This document shows positions 1 through 7,232 of a DNA stretch of 64,000 nt, piece by piece. The stretch lies in assembly GCA_000092065.1 (NCBI GenBank), contig CP000601.1; one strand, given 5' to 3'. A program made the position numbers and the translations under genes. Numbering within the stretch: the stretch's first letter is position 1; each line of letters starts with the position of its first letter. Source of the DNA: Ostreococcus lucimarinus (Eukaryota). Below the pieces are notes generated by a model that saw only the letters and a list, made by a program, of their open reading frames with translations, did not search any database and had not been told where the DNA came from.

Positions 1-2
1 CG

Positions 3-698
3 GGGAGTTACTTGTACGACACGTCGATTCCGCTCAAGCTGCCGTCGTTGTCGGAGAGCGTGCGCGTACCGGCGTACGTGGCACACGATTACATGCAGCG
101 CACGATGCGATTGACGGCATTTTCACGGTCGTGGCCGAGCTTGTTTGTCGCCGCGAAGAACACGCGATCGTCCCTGCACGTCGATCAGTGGCAGGGGCAC
201 TTTTTCATGGCCGTGGTGCGCGGCACGAAGCGATGGACCGTCTTCTCGCGCGAATCGCTCGCGTTTTTACGGCCGAGCTGGTCGCGCGGCACGCTCGATC
301 CCGCGATGCCACCGTTGGAGGAACAAGAAGAGATGGGAATGTTACCGCTCCCGCGTGAATTCGGCGCGCGCCGATGGGACGTCGATCTTGGCCCGGGCGA
401 GGTGCTTTTCGTGCCGGGCGGCTCGCCGCACGCCGTTCGAAACCTCGATTGCACGGTGGCGTTCGCGGGAAACTTCGTCGACGACGTCAATCTGGACCGC
501 GTGTTGGAAGATTTAAAGCTCATGGCCGCCAAAGATCCCGCGTTGATGGAGAGCTACCGAGCGCTCGACGAGGTGGATTTCGACGACGAAGGCGCCGCGC
601 TCGCGGCGGGCGACGACGACGTCCACGCGGGCGCGTTCGACGCGAACGCGCGCGTCGTGCGAGTCGCCGATTATCTCGCGGGGGGGCGACTCGTGTGA
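3..698 (+). CDS. JmjC/cupin-fold 2-oxoglutarate oxygenase-like protein, 5' end outside the window
   Basis: The frame is open from the window edge to the TGA at 696-698. It has the HxD...H metal-ligand pattern (SLHVDQ ... GGSPHAVRNL) followed by AFAGNFVD, typical of JmjC domains. Confidence 0.7.
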   Translation, partial: GSYLYDTSIPLKLPSLSESVRVPAYVAHDYMQRTMRLTAFSRSWPSLFVAAKNTRSSLHVDQWQGHFFMAVVRGTKRWTVFSRESLAFLRPSWSRGTLDPAMPPLEEQEEMGMLPLPREFGARRWDVDLGPGEVLFVPGGSPHAVRNLDCTVAFAGNFVDDVNLDRVLEDLKLMAAKDPALMESYRALDEVDFDDEGAALAAGDDDVHAGAFDANARVVRVADYLAGGRLV

Positions 699-924
699 TG
701 GGATGGATGTCTCGCGTCGCGTCTCGGAGTTCGGGACGAGGGGTTCGCGGCGTCGTGAAAAAGTGACAAAAAAATCAGGGAAGCCGAGCTCCCCCCATGG
801 GGGTGAATCTCACAGCGATAAATTTTTTAAAGTACTATCCGTCACCCCGAAACGACGAAAGTCACAGTGTTGTCGTGTCGCTTTTCCATCACGGACAATC
901 GGGTGTGGGAAAAAGTAAGGTGTG

Positions 925-934
925 ATGTCGACAC
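925..934. promoter_or_regulatory. ZDRE-like palindrome ATGTCGACAC (matches RTGTCGACAY) inside the left direct repeat
   Basis: Exact match to the degenerate 10-mer. It lies 3 nt beyond the 3' end of the tRNA-derived segment. Confidence 0.35.
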
Positions 935-936
935 AT

Positions 937-1036
937 CTCTTCCTGCGGGTTTCGATCCCGCGGCTTCCAGATCTCTATCGGAGCAGCCGTCATATTCGAC
1001 GGAGACTTTTTCCTAACAGTCTGACACTCTACCAGC
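937..1036 (-). pseudogene. 5'-truncated tRNA-Asn(GUU) copy (tRNA positions 15-73 including the 41-nt intron)
   Basis: Identical to 6872-6971 of the intact gene. It lacks the first 14 nt (5' acceptor strand and start of the D arm), so it cannot fold into a cloverleaf. Confidence 0.85.
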
Positions 1037-1066
1037 AAAATTGTTTACAGAGATACCGCGACGAGA

Positions 1067-1443
1067 TTGAAGCAATACAAGGAACTCGATGGGCACCTGA
1101 TGAACGCCTCCGTGTGGGACGAGTATTTGACCCCAGAGATGCTCAGTCTGTATAATCCCGAAACAGACCAATTCGAGGAGCCCAAGCACTGGCTAAATGG
1201 GAAGCGTGTAGGAATTGCAATACTGGCGGATGATGTAAAATCGAGTCCGTTGCTGTCTAACAAAGCCTGGCGCAACCTGTGTATCAAATGCCGCCACCTT
1301 GGATCCTTCCCTGACAGTTCTCCACCAATAGGGTGCTCGATTTTCTGCGCGAGGTCAAGGACGCCGACGCGACGCTCCCAGACAAGTTGAAAGCCGAGGT
1401 ACCGACCATGCTTCAGAAAGGCGTGCGCGCGTATCTGGATTAA
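1067..1443 (+). CDS. Hypothetical small protein, possibly two exons (1067/1100..1234 and 1318..1443)
   Basis: Two ORF segments in different frames join in phase 0 across a GT...AG interval at 1235-1317 (GTAAAA ... CTGACAG), giving ...GIAILADD|FSTNRVLDFLREVKDADATLPDKLKAEVPTMLQKGVRAYLD*. No family was recognised. The first ATG is at 1100. Confidence 0.25.
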
Positions 1444-1666
1444 GCTTCACAAGTACCGTGGTGTGGGTAACATCTGGGACATCTTATCGAAATAATTCAT
1501 CGATGTTCGCCAGGAGATCGAGGAACAGGTGCCGTAAATTACGAAGAGCGTTTCGATTTACAATTTATATGATCCTCTAGCTTGAAAAATAGATCTCCGT
1601 CAGTGGCCGTGGGTGTGTTTGCCACAACTTGATTTGATAGTAATTGACATTTTTTTACCGCTCTCA

Positions 1667-3196
1667 TTAGTGCGCGTGTGCGTGTGAGTCTCCGCCACCG
1701 CCACCGCCTGTGCAATGCTTGTGGTTGAGGAGCACGAGACTGATGGCAACAACGCCGACGATGAAGGTGAGAATGCTCGTCGCGCGAAGACGAGGTGAAG
1801 TGGCGCTCACTGATACTCGGGGCATGCACTCTGCGGCGGCGATTTGCAGATAGACTCCAGCACCGAAGGCGAGCAGCAGTCCATGCCAGAAGTCGTTGTT
1901 ATTTCCCGATCCAACACTAATGAGGACGCCAAGAATGACACTCAAGCCGGAAACGAAGTTTAAAGTCAGCGTCGGCAACGGCGCGAGATCGCCCTGGAAG
2001 GGGTCTACGAGCACCAAGTAGTCAGCAAGCTCTTGAGCGATTTCGTGATAGACGGTCGCGGCGGTGATCGACCATCCCATGGTACTGTCGCAGTTCAGAA
2101 AGCCGAAGCCAATGAAAATACCATCCACTAGGTTGTGCATGAAATCTCCAAGAATGATACCACTTCGAACGCGATACTTGTGTGAGTTACAAGTACAAGT
2201 ATCACAGTCATCTTGAGCGCCTTTGACTGCAAGTTCCGCATCGGTTGTCTTCGCTGTATTTCCAAGAGTTGGGAACACGACAGAGATACCAAAGTCGATG
2301 AAGTAGGCCATGAGAAAGCCGAAGATAGAAGCGGAAGCCCACCATGCGGTCTGCTCTGCCTCATCCGAGCCAGCAGGTTTGATTAAATGCGTGGCTTCGT
2401 AGAACATCAGATAAAACGCAGCCGAAAGAAGTGCGCCGGCGGCAAACGAGTTAATTGTGCAACTCACAGTTTCAGGGTACGCTTTCTGCTTCTTAGCGAT
2501 ACTCGGGATGAGAAAGACCACACCAGAAAGTGTGACGATATTGACGATAATTGCCGCCCCAATGGCGTTGGCCCACGGTTTTGATTTCGATTCGCTCACG
2601 GTGGATGCTTCGGGAAGTGAAGCTTTTGGCACCACGTCATCTCCGTGGAGGTCCTTGAGATAGTGCGCGTCGCGCTCGAACTCGGTGGGAACGTGCTCAG
2701 CGAAGATTGAGATCGCGTCGATGCCAGTCGTATTAATCTTAAACGGCGTCGTGTGCCAGGTGTTGTCAAATTCAAGGTTGACACACCCACTATCAGGTGT
2801 CAAAACACTATCTCGTATCTTAGCCGTCGTACAAGCTCCCCCGATTGCGGTATCACCGCTATCCTCGCGGGCTTCGAGCTCGTCGTGTCCGGCGGCGATT
2901 TCGTCGTAGATGACCATTTTCATGGTATCGGCGGCGTACTTATCGGCCACCTTTTGCGCCTGCCACACGTATTCATTCTCTGGCGTCTCAAAGATTCCAG
3001 CCCATTCGAATGCGTGCGCGCCGGACGCGTGCGCGCCGCGCTGCGCGAGCGCGCTCGCGACGATCGCGATGCCACCACCGAGCGCGCTCGCGCAGCGCAT
3101 CGTTCGCCCTCGTCGTCGCTCGACCGTCCTCGCACCGCGTGCGCGTTCGCGCGGCGGCATCGTCGTCTTCGTGTTCTTCGTGTTTTCGTTCGTCAT
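1667..3196 (-). CDS. ZIP-family (Zrt/Irt-like) divalent metal transporter
   Basis: ZIP signature helices HNLVDGIFIGFGF and HEIAQELADYLVL, several hydrophobic TM segments, a Cys/His-rich loop (DDCDTCTCNSHKY) and a His-rich C-terminus (DSHAHAH). Alternative starts are M13 (3160) and M33 (3100, followed by a signal-peptide-like MRCASALGGGIAIVASALA). Confidence 0.85.
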   Translation of the reverse strand: MTNENTKNTKTTMPPRERARGARTVERRRGRTMRCASALGGGIAIVASALAQRGAHASGAHAFEWAGIFETPENEYVWQAQKVADKYAADTMKMVIYDEIAAGHDELEAREDSGDTAIGGACTTAKIRDSVLTPDSGCVNLEFDNTWHTTPFKINTTGIDAISIFAEHVPTEFERDAHYLKDLHGDDVVPKASLPEASTVSESKSKPWANAIGAAIIVNIVTLSGVVFLIPSIAKKQKAYPETVSCTINSFAAGALLSAAFYLMFYEATHLIKPAGSDEAEQTAWWASASIFGFLMAYFIDFGISVVFPTLGNTAKTTDAELAVKGAQDDCDTCTCNSHKYRVRSGIILGDFMHNLVDGIFIGFGFLNCDSTMGWSITAATVYHEIAQELADYLVLVDPFQGDLAPLPTLTLNFVSGLSVILGVLISVGSGNNNDFWHGLLLAFGAGVYLQIAAAECMPRVSVSATSPRLRATSILTFIVGVVAISLVLLNHKHCTGGGGGGDSHAHAH

Positions 3197-3325
3197 CGTT
3201 TCCGTCGTCGTCGTCGTCTTCGCCGGCGTCGGTAAGTGCGGCTGCGCACAAACTAAAGCGGCATACGAACCGAACCGGCGCGATGGAGGGCGGTCGTTTA
3301 TAAGTCACGACTCGCGAACGACAAA

Positions 3326-3482
3326 ATGTCGACATCCGCCGCAGTGTCGACACATCTCGGTGGTACTTGGATATGTCGAAATATGTCGACATGTGCGTCG
3401 AGACGTTTTTCGTATATAGATGCATCACGGGGTTCAATGCGTACACGCGCGTGGGTAAATATGTCGACATGCGTGTCGACAT
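3326..3482. promoter_or_regulatory. Cluster of five exact RTGTCGACAY palindromes (ZDRE-like) in the bidirectional ZIP/COG0523 promoter
   Basis: Exact matches: ATGTCGACAT 3326-3335, GTGTCGACAC 3344-3353, ATGTCGACAT 3383-3392, ATGTCGACAT 3461-3470, GTGTCGACAT 3473-3482. There is also a 9/10 match, ATGTCGAAAT, at 3373-3382. Confidence 0.6.
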
Positions 3483-3546
3483 GTTTACGACGCGCGTCGC
3501 GACGCGATCCGTGATGGGCTTCGCGGGGCGTCGCGTACGACGATCC

Positions 3547-3589
3547 TCGACACGTGCACGACGCGAATCGTCGACACGTGCACGACGCG
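3547..3589. promoter_or_regulatory. Two copies of the 19-mer TCGACACGTGCACGACGCG (GTCGACAC half-site overlapping a CACGTG G-box) just upstream of the COG0523 start
   Basis: Copies at 3547-3565 and 3571-3589, with a 5-nt spacer. CACGTG occurs at 3551-3556 and 3575-3580. Confidence 0.45.
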
Positions 3590-3658
3590 CGCGCATCGCC
3601 GCACTTCGCGACGCCTCTTCGGCTCGTTCGCGCGCGGAGACGTCGATCGCCGTACATC

Positions 3659-5299
3659 ATGTCCACACCCGCCGCAATCGCCAATCATAATCGATTGCCG
3701 GTGACAACGCTGTGCGGGTTCCTCGGCGCTGGGAAGACGACAACTCTGAAACGCGTGCTCGAAGCTAAGCGAGACGCGAACGGAAAGTTTCGGTGTGCCG
3801 TCGTCGTGAACGACGTCGCGGAGTTGAACATCGACAAAAAATTAATCGATGATTCCGCTTTGCTGCAGAGCGACGAGGTGGTTGCCATGCAGAACGGATG
3901 CGTGTGCTGTTCGTTGAGCGGAGACTTTGTAAAACAAATCGGGGACATGGCCAAGAGTGGCAATTTTGACTACATGATCGTAGAGGCATCAGGAGTGTCG
4001 GAACCGGCGGAAATTGCGAAACTCTTCGCAAATTGTGAGGACGATCACGATCATGAAGCTGCGCACGTTGATGAGCATGAACATTTGAGCACACTGGCGC
4101 GGCTGGATACGTGCGTGACGGTCATCGCTGCAGGTGACTTTCTCGACATGATTGATTCTTTCAGGGCGTCAGCTGTGAACAGGCAGTCTTACTCTCAATT
4201 GTTGGCTGAACAGATAGAGTACGCGAATGTCGTCGTATTGAACAAGGTCGACACTGTCGATGACGAACAACTCGCCGAGATTAAAGCGCAGATACAACTT
4301 CTCAATTCACGTGCTGATATTCTTGAAGCTGTGAACGGCGCGATCGACGTTACGCGAATCGTCAATACAAAACTTTACAAAGAGAATGACTTTGCTGGTT
4401 TCATAACATGGGAACAAGAGATAGAAGCAACATCTGTGAAGTCATGCTGCGCCGGCGCTAGGGACAAAGGTGAGTCTCCATGCTGTAAGCGAGCTCGCAT
4501 GAGAGAAACAGCCTTAAGCGAGGTCACGCTTGCACCAAGTTCTTCCCAAACACGTCACGATAGTCGGTTCGGTATTACGTCTTTCATTTACCGAGCCAGA
4601 AGACCTTTTCATCCCAAACGGTTTTTAGGCTCATTTGTCGAGCGCTTCTTCAGCTCCCTCGAGGCCGATGACCGTGATGAAGAAAAAGATGAAGAGACAC
4701 CAAGTGTAGACTGGAGTGCAGTGAAAGATATTCGAGCGCGACAAGAAGCGATGAAACTCAAGCGCCGTAAAAGGGAAGGTGAAATTGGTGTGCTGCTACG
4801 TTCGAAGGGTGTAACGTGGCTCAGTGATGCCCACGACTTGATAATTGTTTTCAGTCAGGCTGGTAATATTTACTCTCTCGAAGGATCAAGCCGATGGACC
4901 GCGCTGAATAAAAATGCTTGGGTCGGCTCACAGGGGATAAAGCAAGAACTTCGTAAAGACTGGGAGGGGCCTTATGGTGATCGCCGACAAGAACTGGTGT
5001 TCATTGGCAAGGATCTTAAATACGATGAAATTCAATCAACGTTGGACTCTTGCCTCTTGACCGACGAAGAATTCGAAATGGGTTCTGATGGCTGGAGAGC
5101 AGTCATGGGTGATGTCTTTCTAGACGAAGACGACGAAGACGAAGACGACGAAGTCGATGACGAAGACGACGAAGAAATCGACGAAGATTTGGTCGACGAC
5201 GAGGAGATCGAAGAGGAGATCAGGCCGCAACCCACTTCAAAGTCGAAGGCAAAACCAAAGGCAAAGTCGGCGCCCTCTCAAAACGACGGCTTAGTCTGA
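3659..5299 (+). CDS. COG0523/CobW-family GTPase, eukaryotic ZNG1-type putative zinc metallochaperone
   Basis: Walker A GFLGAGKTTT, CxCC metal motif GCVCCS, His-rich stretch EDDHDHEAAHVDEHEH, and a CobW_C-like region (RFGITSFIYRARRPFHP ... GDRRQELVFIGKDL ... LDSCLLTDEE) followed by a long acidic tail. The ATG at 3659 was chosen over the upstream alternative-start ORF (3554). Confidence 0.9.
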   Translation: MSTPAAIANHNRLPVTTLCGFLGAGKTTTLKRVLEAKRDANGKFRCAVVVNDVAELNIDKKLIDDSALLQSDEVVAMQNGCVCCSLSGDFVKQIGDMAKSGNFDYMIVEASGVSEPAEIAKLFANCEDDHDHEAAHVDEHEHLSTLARLDTCVTVIAAGDFLDMIDSFRASAVNRQSYSQLLAEQIEYANVVVLNKVDTVDDEQLAEIKAQIQLLNSRADILEAVNGAIDVTRIVNTKLYKENDFAGFITWEQEIEATSVKSCCAGARDKGESPCCKRARMRETALSEVTLAPSSSQTRHDSRFGITSFIYRARRPFHPKRFLGSFVERFFSSLEADDRDEEKDEETPSVDWSAVKDIRARQEAMKLKRRKREGEIGVLLRSKGVTWLSDAHDLIIVFSQAGNIYSLEGSSRWTALNKNAWVGSQGIKQELRKDWEGPYGDRRQELVFIGKDLKYDEIQSTLDSCLLTDEEFEMGSDGWRAVMGDVFLDEDDEDEDDEVDDEDDEEIDEDLVDDEEIEEEIRPQPTSKSKAKPKAKSAPSQNDGLV

Positions 5300-5761
5300 T
5301 GTCTTTCTAGGTGACACTGAAGCGGAACAGGGTGGAGATGTGGACTCGGGCAACTCTTCCGACATGTAAGCTTGTCCTTTATAGTGAGCCCACACCGATG
5401 TGAGCGCAAGTCATTTTTATGCACACAGTGACATCTTCATCGAATACCAGACGTGGTTGCCAGCGGCTGCGCGCGGTCAAGATAGCGCGACGAAGGTCGG
5501 CAATAAGCTCAAGGACTTCTTCAAGAAGGAAAAGGGCCACAGGGTCCCAATGGAAGAGGACCACCTGAGGCAAGGTAGAGACGAGAAGGGCGTCTATTGG
5601 GAAATTCACCGCGACGGGTGCTTCGAGTGGCTGAAGGACAATGGGTACACAGGGGAGACGGAGCTCGCGCCGGCGGTCGTCTGGTGCTCATACTAATTTT
5701 GTAATTCGTACATTTGCAATATGAAGACTCAACGAGACACCAAAAAGACCATGGTTTGGAT

Positions 5762-5952
5762 CCTGACGAAATGACGAATGACGAACTGTTTTCATAAAGG
5801 TCCACACTGTTGCTTGTCATAGATCTAAAATAAAAATAAACATTAAAATATTTTAACATTTCGTCATTTTCATCATTGGTACACACAAAGTGTCACCGAA
5901 CGACGGGTTGACGAATTTGTGGACGACAAAACAAGTTCGTCATTTCGTCAGG
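5762..5952. repeat. Inverted repeat (CCTGACGAAATGACGAA[TGACGAA]CT / AGTTCGTCATTTCGTCAGG) flanking about 145 bp of very AT-rich spacer
   Basis: Left arm 5762-5787, right arm 5934-5952. The arms are 19 nt complementary once a 7-nt duplication in the left arm is allowed. A further TTCGTCATTTT motif lies near 5866. Confidence 0.4.
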
Positions 5953-6130
5953 TCTCGACGGATCACGAACGTCCAGGTGTGAAATCAGGCGGTTCGGTAT
6001 CTACATTCCGGACCTTGCAGCCCACGCAGCGATACGCGTACCTATGGTCTCTCGGATGTGACTGCAAACCGCAGGAGGAGGCACTTTTGGCAACAATATT
6101 TTCTTAGGGATAGATAGGTAACCAGGACAA

Positions 6131-6628
6131 ATGCCGTCGGGATGCGTGTACGAAATGTTTAGCGATAATGCGAAATGTAACAAAACGTACATCGGATCGA
6201 CGACGGGTTCGCTCAGAGCGCGCCTTGCCTCGCATAAATACGCACGACATCCAATCTTCACGTTTGGCGACGCGGACGTGAGAGTTCTCGAAAAGGACAT
6301 TCCAGCTGGAGAGCTCCATCAACGTAAAGGTGCCTACATGAGAGAGAAGCGTGACGGCTTATTCAACTCCCGAGCTGCTGGACGCAGCCAGAAACACGCG
6401 TGCCGCGAGAACGTGGACGAGAGTCCAGCCTACAGCAGAGCTCAATATACGCCGAAGCGGGACGGCGGCGATGGTAACTACAGACAACTCAATTATTACA
6501 AGCAGCACGCAAAAGGAATACTGCGCAAGACGTGCCTCAAGAATGCCCGAGCGCGCGGCACGCTGCCTTCGAAGCGCAGTCTCGACAAGTATCAATTTAC
6601 GGTAGATGAGTTACGCGGCTTGGCTTGA
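6131..6628 (+). CDS. GIY-YIG nuclease-like protein (homing-endonuclease-like)
   Basis: N-terminal GCVYEMF-x9-YIGSTTGSLRARLASHK matches GIY...YIG...R...H spacing. It is followed by VRVLE (candidate catalytic Glu) and an LFNSRAAG segment. The C-terminal half is basic. The ORF is lower in GC than most of the window. Confidence 0.55.
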   Translation: MPSGCVYEMFSDNAKCNKTYIGSTTGSLRARLASHKYARHPIFTFGDADVRVLEKDIPAGELHQRKGAYMREKRDGLFNSRAAGRSQKHACRENVDESPAYSRAQYTPKRDGGDGNYRQLNYYKQHAKGILRKTCLKNARARGTLPSKRSLDKYQFTVDELRGLA

Positions 6629-6844
6629 CCACTTCACTCACACGATTGGTTCTGGAGAAATCTTACATGCGGTACATCAACGTCGATGTGCGGTTTTATC
6701 ATGTTGGGGTGCCCCAACTCAAAAAAAAAGTTTATTTTTATTACTCATAGCGATAAATTTTTTAAAGTACTATCCGTCACCCCGAAACGACGAAAGTCAC
6801 AGTGTTGTCGTGTCGCTTTTCCATCACGGACAATCGGGTATGGG

Positions 6845-6849
6845 AAAAA
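6845..6849 (-). terminator. Candidate RNA polymerase III terminator (T5 on the minus strand), 22 nt downstream of the tRNA
   Basis: AAAAA on the plus strand is TTTTT on the tRNA strand. It is the first T-run after the discriminator base. Confidence 0.5.
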
Positions 6850-6859
6850 GTAAGGTTTG

Positions 6860-6869
6860 ATGTCGACAC
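6860..6869. promoter_or_regulatory. ZDRE-like palindrome ATGTCGACAC in the right direct repeat, 3 nt downstream of the tRNA 3' end
   Basis: Exact RTGTCGACAY match, duplicated from or to 925-934. Confidence 0.35.
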
Positions 6870-6871
6870 AT

Positions 6872-6985
6872 CTCTTCCTGCGGGTTTCGATCCCGCGGCT
6901 TCCAGATCTCTATCGGAGCAGCCGTCATATTCGACGGAGACTTTTTCCTAACAGTCTGACACTCTACCAGCTGAGTTAAGGAAGA
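6872..6985 (-). tRNA. tRNA-Asn (anticodon GUU) with a 41-nt intron at the canonical 37/38 position
   Basis: Manual cloverleaf: acceptor TCTTCCT/AGGAAGA, D arm ACTC-AGCTGGTA-GAGT, anticodon stem TCAGA/TCTGG, loop CTGTTA|intron|A, variable loop AAGCC, T arm GCGGG-ATCGAAA-CCCGC, discriminator G. The mature length is 73 nt. The T loop has A54/A60, unusual for an elongator tRNA. Confidence 0.8.
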
Positions 6986-7232
6986 CTGTTTATGCATACG
7001 CACAACATCGCGGACATTCGACTGCCCATGCTCTTTATTTCGAGGCTTAACTCGGCGAGGTGGACGAATAATTGGTATTATACGTCGCTCGATGGTGGGT
7101 TTGCGACAGATCTTCGCGGCTTGACGCCGTCGATCCGCGATCGCGAATGTTACAGGTTGAGGGCTCGGGCGAGGACGTCGGTGGTTTTCGCGCGTTCGTT
7201 CGTTCGTCGTCACTCCGCGGTCGAATCCATCG

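Larger units (their letters stand above)
809..1036. repeat. Left copy of the 228-bp direct repeat (tRNA 3' portion plus 128 bp of tRNA-downstream flank)
   Basis: Offset of exactly 5935 bp to 6744-6971. The mismatches are at 813/6748, 905/6840 and 922/6857, all outside the tRNA-derived part. Confidence 0.9.
6744..6971. repeat. Right copy of the 228-bp direct repeat
   Basis: See 809-1036. This copy is contiguous with the remaining 14 nt of the tRNA (6972-6985). Confidence 0.9.
809..6985. mobile_element. Putative integrated or duplicated cassette bounded by 228-bp direct repeats that contain the 3' part of a tRNA gene; cargo is a ZIP transporter, a COG0523 GTPase and a GIY-YIG ORF
   Basis: 809-1036 and 6744-6971 align without gaps at 225/228 identity (manual alignment). 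Only the right copy continues into a complete tRNA (to 6985). No integrase or transposase was recognised, so mobility is inferred only. Confidence 0.35.

Noticed and set aside
5400-5696. 98-aa ORF (alternative GTG start; first ATG gives 48 aa: MEEDHLRQGRDEKGVYWEIHRDGCFEWLKDNGY...) downstream of COG0523
   Set aside because: It has no recognisable family, no supported start and no splice solution that I could justify. It is left unannotated, though it may be a real small gene within the cassette.
1037-6743. Using the lower GC of the cassette as evidence for horizontal transfer
   Set aside because: Equally low GC occurs in the 3' parts of several native long genes (for example 53-56 kb and 62.2-64 kb). 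The COG0523 and ZIP proteins look eukaryotic, so composition is not discriminating here.
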